The notes under the pieces: generated by a model | Seen by the model: only the letters and a program-made list of their open reading frames with translations | What the model was told of the DNA's origin: nothing | Database searches by the model: none | Part shown: positions 10,211-18,895 of the stretch, piece by piece | Layout: each line of letters opens with the position of its first letter | Numbering within the stretch: position 1 is the stretch's first letter | Made by a program: the position numbers and the translations under genes | NCBI GenBank assembly: GCA_048939625.1 | Contig: JBHLPH010000006.1 | Coordinates: 1 to 64,000, forward strand | Source: Promethearchaeota archaeon | Lineage (GTDB): Archaea; Asgardarchaeota; Hermodarchaeia; Hermodarchaeales; Hermodarchaeaceae | DNA: 64,000 nt | Direction of reading: 5' to 3'

Positions 10211-10615
10211 TCATAACAGCCCAACAATTCCGGTTTGCCCCTCATGACGCCCAAACAGGAAGTACCCAAGAAACACCCCACAATATAGCCACACCGGATA
10301 GAGAGCAAACAACACCAACGCCAACACATCAATCACACCGGTCGTCAGGACGAATTCAAAGGCAAATAGTCCACTATTAATCATAAAATCCCGTCCACTA
10401 ACCGCTCGACCCGTCCAGATCCACATCCAATCAAACCACCCAAGGTTCAGGTACAACGACCCTGCAACCACCCAAAACACTACCACCGTACATGTCCCCA
10501 AAATCTTCGTGGCATGCGGCGTCACACGATATAGCCACCGATTTCGTACCCACACGATGAATGCGCCACACACCAGTAACAAAAAAGGGTCGAAGAGAAA
10601 GCTCATATTCGTCAC
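10211..10615 (-). CDS. small multi-pass membrane protein, probably co-transcribed with the SDR
   Basis: 3 hydrophobic segments; 17 nt gap to the SDR start. Confidence 0.7.
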   Translation of the reverse strand: MTNMSFLFDPFLLLVCGAFIVWVRNRWLYRVTPHATKILGTCTVVVFWVVAGSLYLNLGWFDWMWIWTGRAVSGRDFMINSGLFAFEFVLTTGVIDVLALVLFALYPVWLYCGVFLGYFLFGRHEGQTGIVGLL

Positions 10616-10761
10616 TTAACCACCCATCCGATAAAAAACCTAAACGTCACAACGACCGCCTATTCAAAGCACGACTCCCCCCACCCGATTTCGTCTCACA
10701 AAATTACTATGAAACTATATTAAGAATATTCACAGCAATTTCTAATAGGGAGGGCCAGTGA

Positions 10762-11889
10762 TTATGCTTCAGAGGCGCGTTCTCCGACGATAACAATGAA
10801 CGCGGTGACTAGCCCAAGGAGGACCAGGGTTTCGCCGATTTGTTGCCAGGTCAAGGCCGTGGCAACTGTGATGAATCCAATTTGGAGATAGGTGATGCTG
10901 ATAACAAATAGTCCGCTGCTGAACGCGGTTAGTACTATGATTGATAGTAGTACGAAGAGATAGCGACGTGCGCCTTGCCACCACCAACTAGTCCCTAGAG
11001 TACCTGTCAGGGGGGCGCGTCGGACGAACACAATAATGATCCACAGCCCCAACATACTGGCGATTAGTAATACTCCACCAAATAGCATATAGGCGTCAGG
11101 AGTCCAGAAAATCTCGGGCAGTAACGCCCAGATAATGGGGATTCCGAATTGGTATGCGATGAAGCCTTCAAATAACAGGATCCAGACCGCAAAAGCAGCT
11201 GAAAAATAAGGCAGAAAGGCAAGAAAGTAAAATTTCCAATCTTTCTTGATTTGTATAAATGGAATTGACCAGCTGTGTCCTTCCGGAGCATTCGATACTG
11301 TGTGTGCTGCGAGTGGTTGCTGAGTTGAACTAGCTGAACCCGTGGAGGAGGCGATTGTGAGTTGGTAGGCTTTGTAGACTACAACACCTAGAGTTCCGAG
11401 GAGAAAGAAACCGACGAGAAGCAATCCAAGTAGATGCAACAGGAATGGATTTTGAATGAAAAGCCCAATTCGAAGGACTTCCGAAAGAAAGATGAACGCA
11501 CGGTGCATGCAGATCCACACTCCTATCCACGCGATAAATACGAGCAGGAAACCCAAAATGTATTGGAACCCCCGTCGACTACGTTCTGGCGTTCCCAAAG
11601 GGAGAAGCCACACAAAATAGACGATATAGAGCACAATAACTCCCACAGAGGCTGAGAAAATACCGATATCATGCAGGACCGCCACACCAAGGGGATTCCC
11701 TTGAATAAATGGGATTTGATAGAACTCTGGGGGGAACACCCCTGTGTCAATAAACGCAGCAAGATACTGCCACGATTTATGGATGATTCCCACTCCGAAA
11801 AAGTACAGAAGAAAGCCCAGTAACCCAAAAAGGAATAACCCAATCCATTCTTTCACCGAAAGTGTCCTCACACAATCACCCAGCCACAT
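10762..11889 (-). CDS. hypothetical polytopic membrane protein (about 8 TM)
   Basis: Two hydrophobic halves joined by a Ser-rich linker. Confidence 0.72.
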   Translation of the reverse strand: MWLGDCVRTLSVKEWIGLFLFGLLGFLLYFFGVGIIHKSWQYLAAFIDTGVFPPEFYQIPFIQGNPLGVAVLHDIGIFSASVGVIVLYIVYFVWLLPLGTPERSRRGFQYILGFLLVFIAWIGVWICMHRAFIFLSEVLRIGLFIQNPFLLHLLGLLLVGFFLLGTLGVVVYKAYQLTIASSTGSASSTQQPLAAHTVSNAPEGHSWSIPFIQIKKDWKFYFLAFLPYFSAAFAVWILLFEGFIAYQFGIPIIWALLPEIFWTPDAYMLFGGVLLIASMLGLWIIIVFVRRAPLTGTLGTSWWWQGARRYLFVLLSIIVLTAFSSGLFVISITYLQIGFITVATALTWQQIGETLVLLGLVTAFIVIVGERASEA

Positions 11890-12305
11890 CCGCGTCTATC
11901 CCAACCGAGTCATAAAAACTTATGCCAATAATTGCCATTTTCCGTCAACTTTGTCAGCATTTAGGCGATTATTAACCAACTTTGCTTGCAGATAATATCG
12001 GGGGACCGAATAACCCAGCATACTTTGCCAAAGAATAAAAAATGCCAGCTATTCCAATGGCAGCATTGCTGAAATCATATTTGACAAGCATCAAATATCA
12101 TTAGGTTGAAGAACCGTCGCAAGAAGAATCCAAGGAATAAAACGAGAATTTACCTATTAGAATTCTATAGTTCCGGAATGTTAACGCCCTCCACCCCGCA
12201 CACGCACACATTTAATCGCAGACAACCTTGTGGACAGTTTCATTGAAAGCTATTTATATTTCTGAGGTCAATTTGTACCACCTCAATTAGAGGGAGGAGT
12301 TAATT

Positions 12306-14057
12306 CTGAAACGAAAAACCGTGTTTCTAGGAGTAGCTATTGTTCTTTTATTCGCTGGACTCATTCCACTGACAGCTGCCCACATGGAAGAAGAGCCATT
12401 CGTTACTGATTTGATTGCAGGGGGTGGCAATGACAAATCTGCAATCGATGTCGGTGATGTTAGCATCTGGAACGACATGGATTATCTCTATGTTAAATAT
12501 GAAGTTGTAGATCCGTGGTGCATAACTGAAACACACCTTGAAGTTACGACCGACCTTATTGACATCCCGCAGAAGAACGGTAACCCCATCCCTGGTCATT
12601 TCACCTACAAAGATGAATGGACCCCCTGTATCAGTGGGTATACCTATATGATTCCTATCAGCTGGCCCATTGATGCTGAACTCGTAATTGCCGCACATGC
12701 AGTGGTTCAGCGCCTCATCGGCTACGAGCCCCCTACAATGGAGGACTTCAAGAGCGCCTTGCCAGATACGGTGACGATGAGCGTCCAATATCCCTATGCA
12801 GGTGGACCAGCCTACTTCCCCGTGACGACTGTCACAGGTGAACCCCTGAGCGGAACTTACGAAGGCTGGTGTGCCGACACTGACAACGTCATCAATCAGA
12901 ACACCGACTACATCGCAGAAGTCTATTCTAGTTATGAGTCACTACCCGAGGGATTGATTGAGCATCCTGAAAATCTGGATCTCGTCAACTGGATCCTCAA
13001 CCAAGCCTATGTAGGTCAGCCATCTCTGGCATGCTCTGGCACTTACACCTATGGAGATGTGCAACGAGCTATTTGGGCACTAATCGAGGACGCACAATCA
13101 ACCTCTGGCCTCGGTTCTTGGAGTCAATGCCGAGTCGACGAAATCTTAGCTGCAGCCTATGCCAATGGTGAAAACTTTGAGCCCGGCTGTGGCGATTCCA
13201 TAGCGGTCATTCTAGCACCCATCGGTGGTCAACAAACTCTTGTGGCCCAAATCACCTTCATCGATGTCGGGCTTGAATGCACGCCCATCTACCAGACAGA
13301 GACGGCGTGGGGTGCAGGCTTTGACTTTCCTGGCAAGAACTGGGCGACCTACATCATCTATGAATGGCAAACTACTGTTACATTCCCTGAGGAGGGCAAC
13401 GCCTACATCGGCTACGAAGACCGCACAGGTGGTGACTTCGACTACAACGACTTTGGCATGAACATGTACGTACTCGAAACCTATACCAATGGCTTCCTGA
13501 AATCAATCCACCTAGAATTTACCTCCGTGGTTCACCTAGCCGGAGACAACCATGACATCCACATTTCCCGAATATTATCACCAGATACTGCATATACTTA
13601 CACCATAACAAGGGATCACACAATCTATGGAACAGAAACCCCAGAATGCACAGACTCTCCCGGTAGCGGCACATTTGATATAATCCTCTTTGATAGCACT
13701 GATCCCAATGTGGTGGGAAAAACCGTTACAATCGATATCACAATCGCAACAGACACTGAATCATACAACCCCAATCCCACACCCCCCCGATGGGACCTAG
13801 CCCCTGTTTTTGCCTATTACGACCCATGGATGGACGATAAATCCTATAGCCCCAACGCATGGCATATCGACGACCAACAAGCAACGACGATATTCGGAGA
13901 TCCCTCTCCAGGAATTGATGTACCCTACATCCTCGTGGTTCCATACACCAATTGGCCAGCACCAGGCGAGGGAGTAACCATTACCGACACCTATCCAGAC
14001 TTCGATGACTACTACCGCACCCACAATCCCAGCTATAAAGAATGGTACATGCCTTAA
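12306..14057 (+). CDS. secreted mosaic protein with a putative Cys-Gln thioester (TED/TQXA) domain and an LruC/DUF4842-like C-terminal domain
   Basis: Signal peptide KRKTVFLGVAIVLL; GWCADTD, VNWILN, VQRAIW, GQQTLV; GYED..GDFDYNDF and PYILVVP..WP.P.E..I..TYPDF..WY. Start (CTG 12306 vs GTG 12321) is uncertain. Confidence 0.75.
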   Translation: MKRKTVFLGVAIVLLFAGLIPLTAAHMEEEPFVTDLIAGGGNDKSAIDVGDVSIWNDMDYLYVKYEVVDPWCITETHLEVTTDLIDIPQKNGNPIPGHFTYKDEWTPCISGYTYMIPISWPIDAELVIAAHAVVQRLIGYEPPTMEDFKSALPDTVTMSVQYPYAGGPAYFPVTTVTGEPLSGTYEGWCADTDNVINQNTDYIAEVYSSYESLPEGLIEHPENLDLVNWILNQAYVGQPSLACSGTYTYGDVQRAIWALIEDAQSTSGLGSWSQCRVDEILAAAYANGENFEPGCGDSIAVILAPIGGQQTLVAQITFIDVGLECTPIYQTETAWGAGFDFPGKNWATYIIYEWQTTVTFPEEGNAYIGYEDRTGGDFDYNDFGMNMYVLETYTNGFLKSIHLEFTSVVHLAGDNHDIHISRILSPDTAYTYTITRDHTIYGTETPECTDSPGSGTFDIILFDSTDPNVVGKTVTIDITIATDTESYNPNPTPPRWDLAPVFAYYDPWMDDKSYSPNAWHIDDQQATTIFGDPSPGIDVPYILVVPYTNWPAPGEGVTITDTYPDFDDYYRTHNPSYKEWYMP

Positions 14058-14093
14058 CCAATAGCTGCGACGCCTAGATAAACCCGAACACCC

Positions 14094-14126
14094 GCCGGGT
14101 GAAAACACCCGGCCCCTACCCTTTTT
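14094..14126 (+). terminator. perfect 8-bp hairpin between convergent genes
   Basis: GCCGGGTG-AAAA-CACCCGGC followed by CCCTACCCTTTTT. Confidence 0.55.
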
Positions 14127-14291
14127 ACACCACCACCACACCTATCAACGAGGAACTGGTCCGGATGCGCAAAGATCAAGCTGTAACTCGCTATTAGTTT
14201 TAGCACTACTACTGACTGTGGTTCATTATTTCTCCTTTCTAAAAGCAATTCTTCAGAGTGAATATTGTTTTCGGAGTAATTTTGATGGTTA

Positions 14292-15986
14292 TTAGTCACG
14301 GAGTAATAAACGGGAACAACCGAATCCGATTATTGAATTAATGAATAATCCTGCCCAAAAGCCCAGAAGTACATAGAGGTGGAAATAGATAAGAGGAATC
14401 CCAAAACGTACAGCGTCAAACCAGATATACATGTAGAGAATCCATGGGAGGACAAAAAAAATGAGAGTGATGAGTAGTACACCAATCATTTGGAGCAGAT
14501 GTTGACCCACATTGAAGCCTATAATGCGTCCTCCGCCAAGCAACCGAACGAAGAGACTGATAGCAATGAGTGATGTTGTATACACTAGGGGTATTTGAGA
14601 TACGATTATTGCGAGAAGAAAAGGAGGATTTTGTAGTGGCAAAATGAACAGGAGGATAATCTGAATGATGAAGAGGGGAAGATAGGAGAAAGTAGCAAGG
14701 AGTGCTTTAGACTGAGTAATGACTCGAGTGTGTAAGGGTAGAGAAGAGGTAAGGGATGCACCATGGGTTTCCGTACTAAGTAAAAAGATTGAGAAGAAGA
14801 TTATCATGAAGGGAGTTATCGCGATAATCATGAAGAAGAATGTATCAGCAGGGAAAGGCAGTGAGAGAAATGAGAGTAGCGAAAAATGGAGTATAATGCC
14901 TGTAGCAATTGGAGTAATAAGGAAAATGGCTTGACTTGGGTTACGAGATGCGAGACGTAGGTCCTTTTGTATTATGGCCACATGATGGGATGAGCTTTGA
15001 ACAGAGATTGGTTTAATCTTCGTGGGAAGTTGAGGTGTTATGGGTGCTTGACTGACGCTAATGAGGATTCGACGGCTTTGTCGTAATCCCAACAGCCCTA
15101 AAGTGATGTATAGGAGAGTACCAATGAGACAGGTTATCAATGAAACAGAAGATAGTCCAGGTAACCCACTAAGAAATGCCACAAAGTATCCCAGAGAGAA
15201 AGGAAAGAGAAGAGGCAAAATCCAATCAAAGGTAGTAGCCGTAACGGTAAGAAGTTGGATGAGTGGAATTAGGTAGGAAATTAACTGATAAGAAAGGGAA
15301 AAGGCCACAAAGGAGAATGCCCAAAAGAGCACGAAAAGAATTCTGATAAATCCGCGAAAACGTGATCCACCAAGGGATTGGATACGGGTGTAAAAGAGGT
15401 GGGATAATAGCAAGAGTACTGAGATGGCTAGGACAATTGTAATCGCAGTGGTTGCAAGGCATGCAAGTGAGCCAAGAATGGAGAATGTGGCAATTCCAAG
15501 GGCAATGGGGAATCCAACTAACACAACGAGAATAGGTATATCGAAGAGTCGAAAATACCCTAAGAAGGCGATTTTTTCTGCATCGTTATTGGTGATTGGG
15601 AGTTGGAGTGTTAGCGATGCGATATCACAGGAAACATAGGTTGTGGATTGCATGAGGCCAATGAACATAAGTAATGTAAATGCGATTCCTAAAAATAGGC
15701 TTGTAATCACGGCGACTTCTATGCCCGTATGGATTCCTGGAAGAACAATAGGAAAGAAAGTCAGTGTTCTAGTAATGAAACCATAGATGGCAATAAAAAA
15801 CCCAAGAATAATGCTCATAGCTACTTTATTTAATGTAGTATTCGTTCGTGCATTCTTTACGCGGCGTTCAATTGAATCTCGGAAGGCACCACCACCCATC
15901 TCTAAATTTGTACGAAATTGGACCTCTGAACTAAGTCGACCAGCAATACGCCATGCGTCACTCAAGCTAAGTTTTGGCGGATGCAA
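14292..15986 (-). CDS. ABC-2 type exporter permease
   Basis: About 12-14 TM segments; KDLRLASRNP and LPL motifs; lies downstream of an ABC ATPase. Confidence 0.82.
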   Translation of the reverse strand: MHPPKLSLSDAWRIAGRLSSEVQFRTNLEMGGGAFRDSIERRVKNARTNTTLNKVAMSIILGFFIAIYGFITRTLTFFPIVLPGIHTGIEVAVITSLFLGIAFTLLMFIGLMQSTTYVSCDIASLTLQLPITNNDAEKIAFLGYFRLFDIPILVVLVGFPIALGIATFSILGSLACLATTAITIVLAISVLLLLSHLFYTRIQSLGGSRFRGFIRILFVLFWAFSFVAFSLSYQLISYLIPLIQLLTVTATTFDWILPLLFPFSLGYFVAFLSGLPGLSSVSLITCLIGTLLYITLGLLGLRQSRRILISVSQAPITPQLPTKIKPISVQSSSHHVAIIQKDLRLASRNPSQAIFLITPIATGIILHFSLLSFLSLPFPADTFFFMIIAITPFMIIFFSIFLLSTETHGASLTSSLPLHTRVITQSKALLATFSYLPLFIIQIILLFILPLQNPPFLLAIIVSQIPLVYTTSLIAISLFVRLLGGGRIIGFNVGQHLLQMIGVLLITLIFFVLPWILYMYIWFDAVRFGIPLIYFHLYVLLGFWAGLFINSIIGFGCSRLLLRD

Positions 15987-16104
15987 TAGTGATCGAATGG
16001 AAGGAGACTCTGTGACACGGCTCTCTTTTGAGGTTCTGATCTTCTATCTCACCTATGTATTCTGATTACGATGACATTGGATAGTACTTTCCATACTGAT
16101 CACG

Positions 16105-16917
16105 TTAACGACGCTCCTCAGAAATGGCATGTCGGAGTGCTTGAACCGCTTGGGCTACCTCAACGTCCTGTTGAACCGCCTTAAGAAAGACTTCTTCGAG
16201 GGTGCCCTGGGCTTTCACGAGGTCTCGAAGTTCATCCACCGTCCCTTCAGCGACTAACCGTCCTTTATCAATAATCCCAATCCGTGTGCAGAGATGTTCA
16301 GCAATTTCCAAAATATGACTCGAAAACAAGATTGCTCCATTTCGTTCTAGATGGAGCTTTATGAACTCCTTCAACACACGAGCAGACCTTGCATCCAACC
16401 CAATAAGTGGTTCGTCAAGAACAAGCAGGGGGGGTTCATGGAGCAAAGCATTAATGACAGCCACCTTCTGTTTAGTTCCCAGACTCAATGCCGCAATAAC
16501 AGTATCATAGTGTTCCCGCATCTCAAAGACCGTAACTAATGATTGCACACGCTTCGTCGCAATATCTGATGGAAGGTCCCGCATCGAAGCGATAAAATCA
16601 AAGAACTCACGAGGAGTCAACGACTCATACAACATCTTTTCTTCAGGAACTAGCCCCACTGAATTCTTCACTTCAATCGGATTAACCGTCGGATCCAGCC
16701 CAAACACCCTCACCGATCCATCAGTCGGTGGGAGTAGACCACACACCATCCGTACTGTCGTGGTTTTCCCAGCCCCATTGGGCCCAAGAAGTCCATAAAT
16801 TTCACCACGCCGAACAGTAAAAGACAGTTGATCAACCGCCACCTTGGACCCGAATTTACGAACTAACCCATCAGCCATAATTGCCTTACTAGTAGAAATA
16901 TGCAATACCCATTCCAC
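16105..16917 (-). CDS. ABC transporter ATP-binding protein
   Basis: GPNGAGKTT Walker A, LSLGTKQ signature, LVLDEP Walker B, SSH switch. Confidence 0.95.
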   Translation of the reverse strand: MEWVLHISTSKAIMADGLVRKFGSKVAVDQLSFTVRRGEIYGLLGPNGAGKTTTVRMVCGLLPPTDGSVRVFGLDPTVNPIEVKNSVGLVPEEKMLYESLTPREFFDFIASMRDLPSDIATKRVQSLVTVFEMREHYDTVIAALSLGTKQKVAVINALLHEPPLLVLDEPLIGLDARSARVLKEFIKLHLERNGAILFSSHILEIAEHLCTRIGIIDKGRLVAEGTVDELRDLVKAQGTLEEVFLKAVQQDVEVAQAVQALRHAISEERR

Positions 16918-17170
16918 CCACTAATGCTAGAATTACCTACACGATATCCATCACATAGGTATAGAGTACAAACGTTCCCAACCATAAAGACATTCCTGTT
17001 CCCACCTCACAAATCAGCCTGTACTCTGGAGGCCTTCCAGGCGGTGCCAGGGACCAAATCACCATCAATCTACTTACCAGCCTCTACACCATCACACCCA
17101 CCCATCAGCAAAATAAGTCAAGACTGAACCCCGCTCCCACACCATAACACCTATAAACAAACCAAATTCG

Positions 17171-17234
17171 GAGCGCCACCCCCACAAAGTGTGGAGTTCT
17201 TTACTCCACCTCTACACACATTTCTGAGGCGCTC
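17171..17234. other. nested stem-loop immediately upstream of the LAGLIDADG ORF
   Basis: GAGCGCC(17171)/GGCGCTC(17228) outer stem and GTGGAGT-TCTTT-ACTCCAC inner stem. Confidence 0.5.
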
Positions 17235-17239
17235 TCCGC

Positions 17240-18841
17240 ATGCCACCATCCGACAACCCCCACGACCACACCCCCATCGATGTCTGGACCCCCACCATCA
17301 CTGGCACCCCCATCACCTCCATCCCCCACCTCCACCACATCCTCCAAACCGAGTACCCAGGCCTACAACGCAACCCCAACTACAAAGACTGGCTCCACGA
17401 CGCCGAAACCCACCTCACCCTCATCCACCACCTCAAAGGTCAAACCTACCTGGAAAGGGGTGACCGCCAACGCCTCGGTCACAAACTCGGCATCACCCGC
17501 CAAAAATTCACCGCCTGGGCCCAACACGCCCGCAAACCCCGCCTCTACTACGAACTGGACCGCATGCTCTCCAAAAACCACGCCCAAACACTCATCACCC
17601 AACTTCACAAAGAAAACAATACCATCCGTTCTACTGACGATGTAATTACTCGTCTTCATACTTACTATCTCACCCCACTTCATGAACAAAACAAACAACA
17701 CGAAAAACGGATCCAACAATGCACACTTTACTTCCAAGCCCTCGACTTACTCAAAGACGGCGGGGCCAACCTGGACGTCGCACGACAGCTTGGTATCCAC
17801 CATTCACAAGTCATGCACTGGCTTGACGGACGACGGCCGGATTATGTCGAACTCACACGTCATATTCCCATACAAGAACTCGAGCCTAACTGGAAATGGC
17901 TCCCCCTCAACCTCGAACGCGCATTCGTCCCCACACACTTCATCACCGTCCCTGATCACATCACTCACTATACAGAAATCAACAAAGTCCTCAACCAACT
18001 CTCCCCACTCGACACTAAAGCGATGCAAGAATGGGAAACCCGCTTCGGACCACCCAACCCCGAAGACGCCTTCTACTATCTCCTCGGCCTCATCGTCAGC
18101 GACTTCGACAAACAAAGCTCCCGTATCTCCTCCACAGAACTCGTCCTCACTCTTTCCAAAAACTATGACTGGAGTAAACAACTCGGTGACGCCGCCTGCT
18201 ATTACCTCGGACAACTTGGCATCCACGCCAAAAAAGTCAAAGACCGCGACTCATCAGCAGGACCCAAAATGTGTCACTCTTGGCGATCACAAAAAAGTCC
18301 TTTCAATACTTGGATTCTGATGTGTTGCCTTGGATTACAGAAAGGGCAATGCACGACCTATCATGCTGTCCATATGAGATGGATCCTTCAGGCTCCAGAT
18401 GAGTTAAGAAAAGCATATCTACAAGGCATGAGTGATGGAGACGGTTGGGCAAGTGTAAGGGACCAATGTATTGGTATCTATAGTGGACCTAATGTTAACC
18501 TTGTAAAAGACCTCCTCAAATTTCACGATATCGAAAGTGCAGATGATGGACAACGTGTCAGAATACGAACTCAGGAAGGAGTGATCAAAGCAGCTAAATT
18601 CCCTCTTTTCCGGTTTGCAACATCACGTCAAAAAACAGCAGAGAAAGTAGCACAAATGATGGAAACTCGTCAAAAACAAGAAATCGCAATAACACTTCCA
18701 GAAATCGTCAAAGAGATGAAACAGTTACGGGCGAAAGGGTATTCCTATGGAAAAATCGCTGAACACATTTTCGATAAATATGGGATCTCATACGACCATA
18801 GTGCAGTTATTCGTCTATTAAAGAAAAATAAAAACTACTAA
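17240..18841 (+). CDS. free-standing multi-HTH + double-motif LAGLIDADG endonuclease-like protein
   Basis: YYLLGLIVSDFD and KAYLQGMSDGDGW motifs; HTH-like LGHKLGITRQKFTAW, VARQLGIHHSQVMHW and KGYSYGKIAEHI; no intein termini. Confidence 0.75.
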   Translation: MPPSDNPHDHTPIDVWTPTITGTPITSIPHLHHILQTEYPGLQRNPNYKDWLHDAETHLTLIHHLKGQTYLERGDRQRLGHKLGITRQKFTAWAQHARKPRLYYELDRMLSKNHAQTLITQLHKENNTIRSTDDVITRLHTYYLTPLHEQNKQHEKRIQQCTLYFQALDLLKDGGANLDVARQLGIHHSQVMHWLDGRRPDYVELTRHIPIQELEPNWKWLPLNLERAFVPTHFITVPDHITHYTEINKVLNQLSPLDTKAMQEWETRFGPPNPEDAFYYLLGLIVSDFDKQSSRISSTELVLTLSKNYDWSKQLGDAACYYLGQLGIHAKKVKDRDSSAGPKMCHSWRSQKSPFNTWILMCCLGLQKGQCTTYHAVHMRWILQAPDELRKAYLQGMSDGDGWASVRDQCIGIYSGPNVNLVKDLLKFHDIESADDGQRVRIRTQEGVIKAAKFPLFRFATSRQKTAEKVAQMMETRQKQEIAITLPEIVKEMKQLRAKGYSYGKIAEHIFDKYGISYDHSAVIRLLKKNKNY

Positions 18842-18895
18842 AATGCCTTATTTCCCAATTTTAGGGCTTCTTATACCTTATTTTCAGCTAATCTC

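Noticed and set aside
17240-18841. Intein or group I/archaeal intron-encoded endonuclease
   Set aside because: No Cys/Ser start or His-Asn end, and no interrupted host gene or rRNA on either side
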